Shown piece by piece: positions 47,579 to 57,929 of a DNA stretch of 64,000 bases. The notes under the pieces were generated by a model. The model made no database searches. It worked only from the letters and a program-made list of their open reading frames with translations, and had not been told where the DNA came from. Location: contig JBEKIG010000003.1 in NCBI GenBank assembly GCA_050011875.1, forward strand, positions 127,677 to 191,676, read 5' to 3'. The DNA comes from Nitrososphaeria archaeon. Its GTDB lineage: Archaea > Thermoproteota > Nitrososphaeria > JACIWG01. A program made the translations under genes and the position numbers. How positions within the stretch are numbered: position 1 is the first letter of the stretch; each line of letters begins with the position of its first letter.

Positions 47579-49744
47579 CTATCTGGTTTCAGGCGCTTCA
47601 CTCTTACTGCGTAGGACCACTACAGCTAATATCACTATAAGCATAGACGAGATTATTACTGTCAAAATTACGTTCTGTCTAATTTGGATGATGATGGGCA
47701 CAAAGAGTAAGCTTATCAGATTCATTACTTTAATCATCGGATTAAGTGCTGGTCCTGCCGTGTCCTTAAGGGGGTCACCTACGGTGTCTCCTATAATTGA
47801 TGCTTTGTGTTCTTCCGAGCCTTTTCCTCCGTAGAATCCGTCCTCAATCTTCTTCTTCGCATTATCCCACGCTGCTCCCGTATTAGCCATAAACACTGCA
47901 AGAAGTTGTCCGACAAGGATAACTCCAGCTAAGAATGCTCCGAGAGCTAAATCTCCCAGCACCAGTCCTGCAAGGATTGGAGCTAGAATTCCAAGAAGAG
48001 CGAGACCAATTAGCTCCCTTTGTGCCGCTGACGTGACTATTGACACGACCTTAGCATAATCAGGTAAAACCGTTCCTTCCATGACTCCGGGTATCTTGAA
48101 CTGTTTTCTGACTTCTTCAATTATCTTTGAAGCGGTCCTTCCAACAGCTCTTATACAAATTGAACTGAAGAGAAATGGTAAAGAACCGCCCACCAACAAG
48201 CCTACTAACACTATTGGACTAGTTATGTCGATTGTTATAAACTCACCAAGACCTACTGCTTCAGCGTATGATGCAAAAAGTGCTATCGCTGCAATTACTG
48301 CAGAAGCTATAGCGATAACCTTTGTAACAGCCTTTGTAGTATTGCCAGCTTGATCAAGGGCCGCTAGAGCGCTATTCGTCTTTTCATCCGCTCCGGCCAT
48401 CTCAGCTAAACCCCCTGCATTGTCAACAATCGGACCGAACGTGTCCATTGAGATAGTGTTTCCTGTAAGCGTTAGCATTCCAATACCAGTTAACGCGACA
48501 CCGTACATCACGAAGATCGCCCCAGCCCCAGTCCAGAATATCACCGAAGCTACAACAGTCACCGCTATGACCAGTAACACCCAGACGGTACTTTCAAATC
48601 CTAACGCCAGCCCGTTTAGCAGCAGCGGTGCCGCTCCTGTTTGAGCTGATCTGGCTATTTGATCCACAGGTTTTCTATCTGGGCTTGTGAAGTAGTTAGT
48701 TAACTTGTTAAAGCTTATGGCAAGCAGTATTCCGACTGCAGTCGAAAGAAAAACCCTCAAATCACCAACATAAAATTGCGCCAATATCAAAAAGCTTGCG
48801 CCCGATATGACTGATGATACATCATATGACAAGTCCATCGCTTTAAAGGCGTTCCCTTTTGTCAGACTGTCAGGCCATAGAGTAACCAGATAGGTTCCTA
48901 CTATGGTACTAATAACACCTATTGCTCTTACCAGTAATGGAAAGATAATCCACTTAAATTCAAACGGTTTTATCGCGAGGCCAAGAAGCATCGTCGACAC
49001 CATTGTTACTTCGTATGATTCAAAAATGTCAGCGGCCATTCCTGCACAGTCACCCACATTATCTCCAACTAGGTCTGCTACTACAGCAGCGTTTCTTGGA
49101 TCGTCCTCAGGTATACCTTTCTCGACCTTTCCTACCAAGTCTGCTCCAACGTCAGCAGCTTTTGTGTATATACCTCCGCCTACTCTCATAAAGAGCGCTA
49201 AAAGTGTTCCACCGAAGCCGAAACCTAATAGGACTTCCGGAGCATTTTTAAGATAGATCAAAAATATAAAAGTCCCTCCAAGTAGCCCCAGCCCGTCAGT
49301 CAACATACCAGTGACTGTGCCTGATCGATATGCGACCTTCAACGAATCTTTAAAGCTCTTCCCCGCGGCAACAGTTGTTCTTATATTTCCTTGCACAGCC
49401 ATGTTCATGCCCAAGAATCCTACCATCGCTGAAAAGAAGGCGCCCATCAAGAAAGCAGCTGCTCTGCCAAGAGATATTGAAAAAGGCCAACCCGCTAGAG
49501 CCGCGGACAGATACAAAAAAATCGCTAAAACACCTATTAATAAGATTATTGACTTAAATTGCCTTCGTAGGTAAGCGTTAGCCCCCTGTTTCACACCATT
49601 CCATATTTCAAGAATTTTGCCAGAGCCTTTAGACTGCTTTAAAACCTGCCTTGAGAGGAGGAACGCATACAATAACGCACCGAGGGCAACGATTATTATT
49701 GTGTAAAGTGCTGTCTGTTCAAACGGTGAAGGTACCTGAGACAT
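47579..49744 (-). CDS. hppA: Membrane-bound proton-translocating pyrophosphatase, K+-independent type
   Basis: DVGADLVGKVE, EDDPRN, DNVGD and GDTVGDPLKD. GNTTKA carries the Lys determinant of K+-independent enzymes. Confidence 0.95.
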   Translation of the reverse strand: MSQVPSPFEQTALYTIIIVALGALLYAFLLSRQVLKQSKGSGKILEIWNGVKQGANAYLRRQFKSIILLIGVLAIFLYLSAALAGWPFSISLGRAAAFLMGAFFSAMVGFLGMNMAVQGNIRTTVAAGKSFKDSLKVAYRSGTVTGMLTDGLGLLGGTFIFLIYLKNAPEVLLGFGFGGTLLALFMRVGGGIYTKAADVGADLVGKVEKGIPEDDPRNAAVVADLVGDNVGDCAGMAADIFESYEVTMVSTMLLGLAIKPFEFKWIIFPLLVRAIGVISTIVGTYLVTLWPDSLTKGNAFKAMDLSYDVSSVISGASFLILAQFYVGDLRVFLSTAVGILLAISFNKLTNYFTSPDRKPVDQIARSAQTGAAPLLLNGLALGFESTVWVLLVIAVTVVASVIFWTGAGAIFVMYGVALTGIGMLTLTGNTISMDTFGPIVDNAGGLAEMAGADEKTNSALAALDQAGNTTKAVTKVIAIASAVIAAIALFASYAEAVGLGEFITIDITSPIVLVGLLVGGSLPFLFSSICIRAVGRTASKIIEEVRKQFKIPGVMEGTVLPDYAKVVSIVTSAAQRELIGLALLGILAPILAGLVLGDLALGAFLAGVILVGQLLAVFMANTGAAWDNAKKKIEDGFYGGKGSEEHKASIIGDTVGDPLKDTAGPALNPMIKVMNLISLLFVPIIIQIRQNVILTVIISSMLIVILAVVVLRSKSEAPETR

Positions 49745-49855
49745 ACGGTCACAGACAGAGCTGAGAAAAAAGGGATATTTATACATATAATGCTTGTATT
49801 GTCGAAAAAAATCTTCTATAATATTACAATTCTAACCAATTTCCCCTAGGCGGTT

Positions 49856-50815
49856 CTATAGATCTATATTCGCCCTTTTCTTTAAAAATTTTCGAACATT
49901 GTCCATATTGGGCAGACCACCTCTTGTTCCATGCGTCGCAACCTTAATGGCAGCAGCCGAGCTTCCCAACATGATCGCCTTGTCCAATGCGATCCCTTTA
50001 ACTATCCCGCATATAAAACCTGCTGTGAATACGTCGCCAGCGCCTGAAGTGTCCACTGCTTCAGCTTGAAAAACTGGGATAACAGATTTTTTGCCGTGAT
50101 CAAATAAATGGTATTGTCGTTTTTTTCTTATTACAATAATTGAGGGACCTAACGCAAGAATATTTTCTATTATTCCAGCTATATCTTTACCGCCGGCTAT
50201 TAGACAGGCTTCTTTTGAAGTTGAGAGAAAGATGTCTGTATAACCCAAAACTCTCCTTTGGACTTCTCGGAACTCTTCCATCGTATTCCAGAGAGATTCT
50301 CTTGTATTGGGATCATAAGAAACTTTAACCCCCTTACTTCTAGCTGTCTCTAAGATTCTAATCACAGTCTCACGAGTCTTATTCTTTCTCAACATCGCCT
50401 CTGAGAAATGAAGCATTTTTGTACGTGATAAATATTCTTCTTTAACATCATCTGGCGATAGCATTGTTTCCGGATCTGAAAATCCCGGAAACCTATAAAA
50501 GATGTAATGACGCTCTCCTTTTTCGTCAACATTGTAGAAAGCTATTCCCGTAGCAAGCTTTTCAACTTTTTTAACGCATGAGACATCAACCCCTTCTTTT
50601 TTGAAATCCTTGAGAATAAAGGTTCCAAATTCGTCGTCGCCGACGCACCCTAAGAAACCGGTTTTCAAACCGAGCCTTGAAGCAGCGACTAATATGTTTG
50701 AAACAGATCCTCCAGCATACGGAATAAAAGATTTAACTCCGCTTAATGGGACACCAGTGTTTGAAGGGGCGAAGTCTATGATTGCAGACCCGAGACCTAC
50801 AAGATCTAAGCCCAT
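49856..50815 (-). CDS. PfkB-family carbohydrate kinase
   Basis: GGSVSN, VGDDEFG, DPN and DTSGAGD. Confidence 0.92.
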   Translation of the reverse strand: MGLDLVGLGSAIIDFAPSNTGVPLSGVKSFIPYAGGSVSNILVAASRLGLKTGFLGCVGDDEFGTFILKDFKKEGVDVSCVKKVEKLATGIAFYNVDEKGERHYIFYRFPGFSDPETMLSPDDVKEEYLSRTKMLHFSEAMLRKNKTRETVIRILETARSKGVKVSYDPNTRESLWNTMEEFREVQRRVLGYTDIFLSTSKEACLIAGGKDIAGIIENILALGPSIIVIRKKRQYHLFDHGKKSVIPVFQAEAVDTSGAGDVFTAGFICGIVKGIALDKAIMLGSSAAAIKVATHGTRGGLPNMDNVRKFLKKRANIDL

Positions 50816-50961
50816 GCTTTAAAGTTTATACATATACTGCTTAATAAACAAAAAATTTACCAACCGTACAAATAAAGGTTTATACAGAAAACTCTTCAGC
50901 AGCTCCGCAGAAAATATAGCAAAAAAATTATTGATATTGAAAAACTTTTTCTAAACAAACG

Positions 50962-53535
50962 TTGACACCTTATTGCCAATTGCCTTTAATCAAATGCCCC
51001 ATATGCAGGGATGATCTTAGCGTAGATAGCGGTAGCGATGATAATACCATATTGTTCTGTCCAAAATGCTTCTATTTTTTTAAAAGCAAGGAAAAAAGAA
51101 TCGAGAAAGCTTACCTCAAGCTCCTTGTAGAATACGATAAAAAAGGTTCCCAAATAAAGGAAATATTTAAACCAACAGAAGATGGAGCAATCGTCAGAAA
51201 TATAGAAGATATCAGAAATGAAGTAGAGAAATTTGGGAATAAATTTGATGATTTGAAACCTACAATACGGAACCTGTTGGAAGATAAAAAAGGATATGTT
51301 GTGAACTACAGGTTCTTCCCTGAGCAAACACCCGAAGATGGACCGAAAGTAACCGACATTATTCAAGGAAAATACGGTCATTGGATAGAGGTGAATGTTT
51401 TTAAAAGGTTCTTTAAATTCCAAGCTGAAGCCATAGAAGAAATTTTGGAGGGAAGAAACGTCGTTCTCGTTGCCCCAACGGGAAGTGGTAAGACGGAAGC
51501 ATTTGCGATACCTGCCCTCATTATGACCAGGGACCGTGCAGATAAAATTGGTTCTATGAATACAGATAAACAAAAAACTTTTGCTTTGCTAATCTATCCT
51601 ACGAAGGCTCTAGCGCACGATCAGAAGCCTAGAATAGAGAAACTGGCGGAAGGACTGGGGTTGATCGTAGGAGTTTTTGATGGCGATACAAAAAAAGAAG
51701 AAAGAGAAAGACTCTACGATCATCCTCCCGATATCTTGATAACCAATTTTGACATAATACATCTTCATCTATTGCTAAACACCAGATTTTCTGGCCTCTT
51801 TAAGACGGCAAAAATAATCGTTGTAGATGAAGTTCATAATTATATCGGAAGCTTCGGATCCCATATTCATTATATAGTAAGAAGACTTGAGAGATTCACA
51901 GGACCCCTTCAGATAATAGCATCATCCGCAACTGTTTATAACCCAAAGGAATTTTGCGAAAAACTTTTTCATAGAAGATTTAGCGTCGTCGAAGAAGTTG
52001 AGGGTAAACATGGGCAGACGCATTTCCTAATAATTTATCCGTCCATCGTATCTGGAATAGTTTTAAGAGTTAATGCTCTAAAACTGATGACACGTGATAA
52101 GTTTAAGGTTCTATCCTTCTCCAACGGCCACCTGGATGCTGAACTACTCCTACGATATGCCAGGAAAGAAGGAGTCAACGCGGAGATACATAGAGCTGGT
52201 CTAACAAAAGAGTTCAGGGAAAGTGTTGAAAAAAGATTCAAAGAGGGGAATACAAACGCAATTATTTCAACACCCACCCTTGAGCTTGGAATAGATATAG
52301 GTCATGTCGATGCGATAATTTCAGATATAGTCAATGTAACCAAGCTGACACAGAGGGCAGGAAGAGCGGGTAGAAGAGGACAGGAAAGTATAATCCTGTT
52401 AGTTCTCAGGGAAGACGATCCTATCAGCTCATACTATAGAAATCATCCTGACGAATATTTTGCCGACATTTCTGCATGTTATGTTGATCCACTGAATTCT
52501 CTTGTGAGAGAAAAACAAATTCTATCGGCGATATGTGATAGAGCACTGGAATCCGACGAAGAATTATACGAGGTCGATATCGTCAACAAGCTGGAATCAG
52601 ATGGTAAGGTTTTAACTAGCAGAGGGCACACCTATCCAACTAAAGAAGGGAAAAAGGTAGCCTTAGGTGCCAACATTAGGGGAGCGGGGGGGTCAATAGA
52701 AATCTTTTGCAACGGCCAGAACATAGGCTTCAGAGAAACAGCTGTTGGAATTACTGAGCTGCATCCTAACGCAATATATCTACATGGTGGCGAAAACTAT
52801 CTAAGCAAAGAACTCAAACATGTGGGGGAAAAATGGTTCGCAAATCTTGAAAAACTGCCAAGAGGTTACCCCTATTACACGAAGTCTCTTGGAACAGTTA
52901 TGCCCACTGTAACAAAGATCAAAGAAACAAGACAGGTTTATGGGTTAAAGGTTTCATTCTGCGACCTTAAGATTAACAAGATAGTATTTGGCTACATCCA
53001 GAACAAAATAGGTGAAAAAGGAAAAGGAGAACAAATACTTTTAGAGACGCCGATAGAATATGAATATGAGACCAAAGGTTTTGTGTTTAAAGCACCGGTG
53101 CCTTTGAATTTTAGAAAAAAGTCGAAAGAAGAGCCTGCAGTCGATGGAGACTTTTTAGCAAGTAGCTATCACGCGACAGAACACGTTATAATAGAAGGAT
53201 CTAACATGATTACTGGAGGTGGAGCGAAAGACATGGGCGGAGTTTCAATGGGAGCTACGGGTATGATCTTCGTTTACGATGGATCAGAAGGAGGAAATGG
53301 TGCATCAAAGCTCCTTTATGATAGATTAGAGGACGCTTTTAGAAGAGGAAAGAAGATTCTGGAAGAATGTACGTGCACAAATGAAAGTGGATGTCCGAGG
53401 TGCACATATTCATACCAATGCGGCAACAACAACAAAATGTTACACAAACTCGGCGCTCTAGAAGTATTTGAAAGAACGTTGTCTAAAGAGACTAGTGAAC
53501 CGGACTTCGATCTATATGACAAAACTATTGTTTAG
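50962..53535 (+). CDS. SF2 DExH helicase with C-terminal DUF1998 (Hrq1/MrfA/SftH-like) and N-terminal Zn ribbon
   Basis: PTGSGKT, DEVH, SAT, QRAGRAGR and C-terminal CTC...GCPRC. Confidence 0.92.
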   Translation: MTPYCQLPLIKCPICRDDLSVDSGSDDNTILFCPKCFYFFKSKEKRIEKAYLKLLVEYDKKGSQIKEIFKPTEDGAIVRNIEDIRNEVEKFGNKFDDLKPTIRNLLEDKKGYVVNYRFFPEQTPEDGPKVTDIIQGKYGHWIEVNVFKRFFKFQAEAIEEILEGRNVVLVAPTGSGKTEAFAIPALIMTRDRADKIGSMNTDKQKTFALLIYPTKALAHDQKPRIEKLAEGLGLIVGVFDGDTKKEERERLYDHPPDILITNFDIIHLHLLLNTRFSGLFKTAKIIVVDEVHNYIGSFGSHIHYIVRRLERFTGPLQIIASSATVYNPKEFCEKLFHRRFSVVEEVEGKHGQTHFLIIYPSIVSGIVLRVNALKLMTRDKFKVLSFSNGHLDAELLLRYARKEGVNAEIHRAGLTKEFRESVEKRFKEGNTNAIISTPTLELGIDIGHVDAIISDIVNVTKLTQRAGRAGRRGQESIILLVLREDDPISSYYRNHPDEYFADISACYVDPLNSLVREKQILSAICDRALESDEELYEVDIVNKLESDGKVLTSRGHTYPTKEGKKVALGANIRGAGGSIEIFCNGQNIGFRETAVGITELHPNAIYLHGGENYLSKELKHVGEKWFANLEKLPRGYPYYTKSLGTVMPTVTKIKETRQVYGLKVSFCDLKINKIVFGYIQNKIGEKGKGEQILLETPIEYEYETKGFVFKAPVPLNFRKKSKEEPAVDGDFLASSYHATEHVIIEGSNMITGGGAKDMGGVSMGATGMIFVYDGSEGGNGASKLLYDRLEDAFRRGKKILEECTCTNESGCPRCTYSYQCGNNNKMLHKLGALEVFERTLSKETSEPDFDLYDKTIV

Positions 53536-53654
53536 AAAAAAATCCGCTACATTTAAGACGGAAGTCTACGTCATTTCCACACAGCTCGCATGCAGATTGC
53601 AAGATATGATTTTAAAATCGGAGAATATTTAAGAACAAAGAATGTATTATTTGG

Positions 53655-54359
53655 TTGGCGAGGCAAAAAGGGTTGAGCAGAACCATAGAACACTTGAAGA
53701 ACAATTTCACCTTGATATCAAGCCTTAATACGAACAGCACAGAACTTGCGATTGCCTCAGAGGAAGCGGGAGTAGATGCTATTGAAGTACATTTAAACAT
53801 CGAGGACGCCGCTTCAACCGTTAGATTTGGCGGAATAGATCTCGAAGAGACAGCAATTAGGGAGATAATCGGTTCAGTAAAGATACCTGTCGGAGTCTGG
53901 ATAGGGGAAATGCCTATGGTAAATAAAGATGAATGGGAAAAAATTGTCGGCACGGGATTAGATTATGTCAAGATGTTAGCTCATCACATGCCCTCGTATG
54001 TCCATAATGATGAGAGGCTTAGGAAAATCGTTTCAGTCGGTAGCGGCTATGTTACGGAATTAATTGAGATACTATCCCATGATAACAAAGTAAGCGTCAT
54101 TGAAGCCTCGATCATGACACCGCAAGTATTCAGATTACCTTTAACCCTTTACGACCTATCTAACTATACACTCATCAGAAAGTTATCTTCAAAACCTGTA
54201 ATCGTACCCTCACAGAAATATATTGAGCCAGCAGACTTGAAGATGCTCAAAAAGATCGGAATCGAAGGAATTGTCGTAAATAGCATAGTTACAGGCACAA
54301 CACCATTAAGTTATAGGGAACTGCTACCTGAATATAGGAACGCTGTAAACGAACTTTAA
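53655..54359 (+). CDS. Hypothetical TIM-barrel-like protein
   Basis: EAGVDAIEVHLN, PVGV, KPVIVPSQ and GIEGIVV show a beta/alpha alternation. Confidence 0.6.
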   Translation: MARQKGLSRTIEHLKNNFTLISSLNTNSTELAIASEEAGVDAIEVHLNIEDAASTVRFGGIDLEETAIREIIGSVKIPVGVWIGEMPMVNKDEWEKIVGTGLDYVKMLAHHMPSYVHNDERLRKIVSVGSGYVTELIEILSHDNKVSVIEASIMTPQVFRLPLTLYDLSNYTLIRKLSSKPVIVPSQKYIEPADLKMLKKIGIEGIVVNSIVTGTTPLSYRELLPEYRNAVNEL

Positions 54360-54437
54360 AAAAATGAACGACAAAAGTAGTATCAGGGAGTTTAAGAAAC
54401 TATAAAAAAGGCAGAGTAGTAGATATTAAGATAATTT

Positions 54438-55748
54438 ATGACAAGGAAAGCTATCATTCTTGGTGCAGCGGGAAGAGATTTTCACAACTTCAACGTCTAC
54501 TTCAGAAATAACAAGCAATACAGAGTGATAGCTTTTACGGCGACACAAATACCTTACATCTCTAACCGAAGGTATCCTCCAAGTGTATCAGGAAAGAGAT
54601 ATCCAAGAGGCATACCCATATACGATGAAGAAAAAATGGCCGACCTTATCGAAAGGAAGCGGATATGCGATGTATTTTTTTCTTACAGTGACGTTTCCCA
54701 CGAACATGTAATGCACATCGCATCAAAAGCTCTGGCAAAAGGAGCATCATTCCATCTTCTTGGACCAAAGGACACGATGTTAAAATCAAAGAAAAAGGTG
54801 ATTTCTGTAGTAGCAACTAGAACAGGTTCAGGTAAAAGCACTATTTCTAGATATATTGCATCCGTTATAAAATCGGTCAGAAAAAAACCTGTTGTAGTGA
54901 GGCACCCTATGCCATACGGCGACTTGGAGGCGATAGTACAAAGGTTTGAGAGGTTTGAAGACTTCGAAAAATATAATGTCACAATTGAAGAAAGGGAAGA
55001 ATACGAACAGCATATGGACGAGGGAACAATAGTTTTTGCTGGCATAGACTACTATAGGATTTTAAAAGCTGCAGAAAAGGAGGGAGATGTCATTATTTGG
55101 GACGGCGGCAACAACGATATGCCCTTCTATTATCCTACTTTGAATATATGTGTGGCAGATCCTCTAAGGGTGGATGATGCACTTACAAGTTACCCCGGGG
55201 AAGTCAACTTAAGATCAGCCGACGTAATAGCAATAAATAAAGTAAATGCTTCACCAAAGGCAAAAGTAGAAAGACTTGAAGAAATATGTAGAAGAGAAAA
55301 TCCCACAGCCATGATCGTTAAAACTTCTTCAGAAGTCAGACTTGATAGACCTGAACTAGTTGAAGGGAAGAAGGTTCTAGTAATCGAAGACGGACCCACT
55401 GTAACTCATGGCGGCCTACCCGAAGCCGCAGGCGCCTTCATTTCAAGAAAATATGGAGCTACTCTTGTAGACCCCAAAAAAAGCGCTGTCGGCACCATCA
55501 AGCAAGCTTACTTTAATTTTAGTCATATTGGAACCGTTCTACCGGCTTTAGGATATAGTAGGCAACAGTTGAAGGATCTCGAAGAAACTATATCAAGAAT
55601 CGAATGCGATGCCGTAGTATTAGGAACACCGTCAAACCTCTCCCGCGTAGTTAAGATAATTCAGCCCGTAGCAAGAGTCTACTTTGAAGCAAAGGAAGTT
55701 GACGGCAACAAACTGAGAGAAAAGTTAATTAATATTTTAGAGAACTAA
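54438..55748 (+). CDS. Cyclic 2,3-diphosphoglycerate synthase-like P-loop NTPase
   Basis: GAAGRDFHNFN, RTGSGKS, RHPMPYG, WDGGNND and EDGPT. Confidence 0.82.
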   Translation: MTRKAIILGAAGRDFHNFNVYFRNNKQYRVIAFTATQIPYISNRRYPPSVSGKRYPRGIPIYDEEKMADLIERKRICDVFFSYSDVSHEHVMHIASKALAKGASFHLLGPKDTMLKSKKKVISVVATRTGSGKSTISRYIASVIKSVRKKPVVVRHPMPYGDLEAIVQRFERFEDFEKYNVTIEEREEYEQHMDEGTIVFAGIDYYRILKAAEKEGDVIIWDGGNNDMPFYYPTLNICVADPLRVDDALTSYPGEVNLRSADVIAINKVNASPKAKVERLEEICRRENPTAMIVKTSSEVRLDRPELVEGKKVLVIEDGPTVTHGGLPEAAGAFISRKYGATLVDPKKSAVGTIKQAYFNFSHIGTVLPALGYSRQQLKDLEETISRIECDAVVLGTPSNLSRVVKIIQPVARVYFEAKEVDGNKLREKLINILEN

Positions 55749-55756
55749 AAGAATAG

Positions 55757-56539
55757 ATGGAAAAAGTCTTCTCAGCGAAAAGACCGGTGACCGGAAAAGG
55801 AAGGATGTATCATATAAGAGTCGCCCCAAAGGAAGTTGGAAGATACGTTCTTCTTATAGGAGATCCTGACAGAGTAAAGATTATAGCCGAATATCTTGAT
55901 GGCTCTCAAATTATTAGCGAACATAGGGAGTTCGCTGTTCATAATGGCTACCTTGAAGGTGAACTTGTTACAGTATGCTCAACCGGCATAGGTGGCCCGT
56001 CTACGGCGATTGCTTTGGAAGAACTGGCAGAATGTGGTGCAAGAACCTTCATCAGGGTTGGTAGCTGTGGTGCAATACAAGATCATATTAATTTGGGGGA
56101 TTTAATTATAGTCACTTCAGCAGTTAGGCTCGATGGAACAAGTAAAACGTATATCTTCCCAGAGTATCCTGCTGTCGCATCGTATGAAGTTTTACAGGCT
56201 TTAATTAAGACATGTGTGGAAGGAAAATATAGACACCATATAGGAATTGCTGCTTCAACGGATTCTTTCTACGTTGGGCAATCAAGACCAGGTTTTAAAA
56301 ACTATCTTCCGAGAAAGCCAGCAGAATTAATTGATGTTTTAAAAAAAGTTAATGTCCTATGCTTTGAAATGGAGACGTCAACGCTGTTTACTCTAGCAAC
56401 CATGTATCAGCTTAGAGCAGGCTGTATTCTTACAGCATTTGCAAACAGAATTACCGATGAATTCGGTGTAAGAGGAGAAGAAGAATCCTCGAAGGTTGCA
56501 GTGGATTCTATTAGGCGTTTAATCAGGGAAAATCTTTAA
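55757..56539 (+). CDS. Nucleoside phosphorylase (uridine phosphorylase-like)
   Basis: GDPDRV, STGIGGPS, RVGSCG, FYVGQ and EME. Confidence 0.9.
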   Translation: MEKVFSAKRPVTGKGRMYHIRVAPKEVGRYVLLIGDPDRVKIIAEYLDGSQIISEHREFAVHNGYLEGELVTVCSTGIGGPSTAIALEELAECGARTFIRVGSCGAIQDHINLGDLIIVTSAVRLDGTSKTYIFPEYPAVASYEVLQALIKTCVEGKYRHHIGIAASTDSFYVGQSRPGFKNYLPRKPAELIDVLKKVNVLCFEMETSTLFTLATMYQLRAGCILTAFANRITDEFGVRGEEESSKVAVDSIRRLIRENL

Positions 56540-57810
56540 CGATCACTTTTTGCTAGTAAAGATTTAGCTAAGCTCAGCAGAGTGCTGCCTTCTATAGTGC
56601 CGAAACTTCCTCTCGAGCAGTCTCTCTCCGTAAACCTACAAATCTTTTCATGCTTGGGATCCGATGATGCTAAGATAAAAGGAACCGGATCGTCGCTGTG
56701 ACCTTTTAAGACGCAGGGTGTAGCATGATCCGAAGAAACTATTAGCAAAGTTTCTCCAAGATTAAGTTTATTCTTCAACACTCCGAAAAAATTCTGGTCT
56801 ATGGCTTCAATAACTTTCTTCTTTGCCACGTAGTCACCGTCGTGACCAGGCTCATCAGGTCCCTTGAGATGAACGTAAACTAGACCGTATTCGTTTAATA
56901 GCTCCAGAGACTTTGCAGCCTTGACACCGAAATCGGATGGTGAACCAATTGAGAGGACATCTGCTTTCAATGTCTTAGCTATTCCTATTTCAACGGGCAT
57001 GTCAGCGACAATCACAGATTTAAGCCCATAGTATTCCTCAAGCGATCTAAACCGTGGAAAGGAGCTTCCAGCATCTCTCAGCAATATCATATTAGCTGCA
57101 AGTTTTCCTTCCATACGCCGTTTTTCATTAAGTTCATGACCATTTAGCACCTTGAAGACCCTGTCGGTAAATTCGTTGACGAGGTCAGCTGAAACCTTCG
57201 CTTCTTTGACATTTTTCAGAGGTTCGCACTTTGCCACTCTAAGATCCTTGTTCGATGGAACCACTACGCCCATACCATGAACTTTCACATAAGCTGGATC
57301 AGTGTTGGAGATCTCATCTGAAAGCTTAATATTGTCTGCTTTAAATAAAACGACGCATCTATGACCTATTGTTGACCTAACAATTACGTGCTTTTTAAGA
57401 TCAGTAAGTTTAACTTCACTGTTTATGATTTTAGACAGAGTATGAGATTCTTCTGATGAAAGAGAACGTGCAACTCTCCTATCAATTATTCTGAAATCAT
57501 CTTCTATCGTAGCAAAGTTTCCCCTTAACGCGAGATCTCCGTCTTTGAAATCAAGACCGCATCCAAGTGCTTCAACCACCCCCCTGCCAACGTAGCCTTC
57601 ATTAACCTTGTAACCGAGCATGCTATAAACTGCAATATCTGATTCAGGGGCGATTCCCTTGCCTACTGTATATACCAAGCCACCAACGGATTTTCTTGCA
57701 AAGTAATCTAGGTTCGGTGTTGAAGCGGATTCCAGCGTTGTAGTATAATTAAGTTGGGGAATAGGCCTATCACCTACTCCATCCAATATCACAAATAGAA
57801 TATTTTTCAT
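56536..57810 (-). CDS. apgM: 2,3-bisphosphoglycerate-independent phosphoglycerate mutase
   Basis: LDGVGD, PESD, GRG, DEPGH, SDHATP and HSDDPVP. Confidence 0.92.
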   Translation of the reverse strand: MKNILFVILDGVGDRPIPQLNYTTTLESASTPNLDYFARKSVGGLVYTVGKGIAPESDIAVYSMLGYKVNEGYVGRGVVEALGCGLDFKDGDLALRGNFATIEDDFRIIDRRVARSLSSEESHTLSKIINSEVKLTDLKKHVIVRSTIGHRCVVLFKADNIKLSDEISNTDPAYVKVHGMGVVVPSNKDLRVAKCEPLKNVKEAKVSADLVNEFTDRVFKVLNGHELNEKRRMEGKLAANMILLRDAGSSFPRFRSLEEYYGLKSVIVADMPVEIGIAKTLKADVLSIGSPSDFGVKAAKSLELLNEYGLVYVHLKGPDEPGHDGDYVAKKKVIEAIDQNFFGVLKNKLNLGETLLIVSSDHATPCVLKGHSDDPVPFILASSDPKHEKICRFTERDCSRGSFGTIEGSTLLSLAKSLLAKSDR

Positions 57811-57929
57811 GCGACTGTCGTCCCCGCCTATCGACAGCTTCCAAAATAAATCTTTTAAGCTTTAATACTCACAATAATGTGATATGCTAAAACTTGTCCA
57901 ATAAAAACTGTTTTTGATTAGGAAGCCCC

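Noticed and set aside
50962-53535. DUF1998 helicase as a DISARM/Druantia defence system
   Set aside because: No methylase, nuclease or partner genes are adjacent. The housekeeping context fits a repair helicase.
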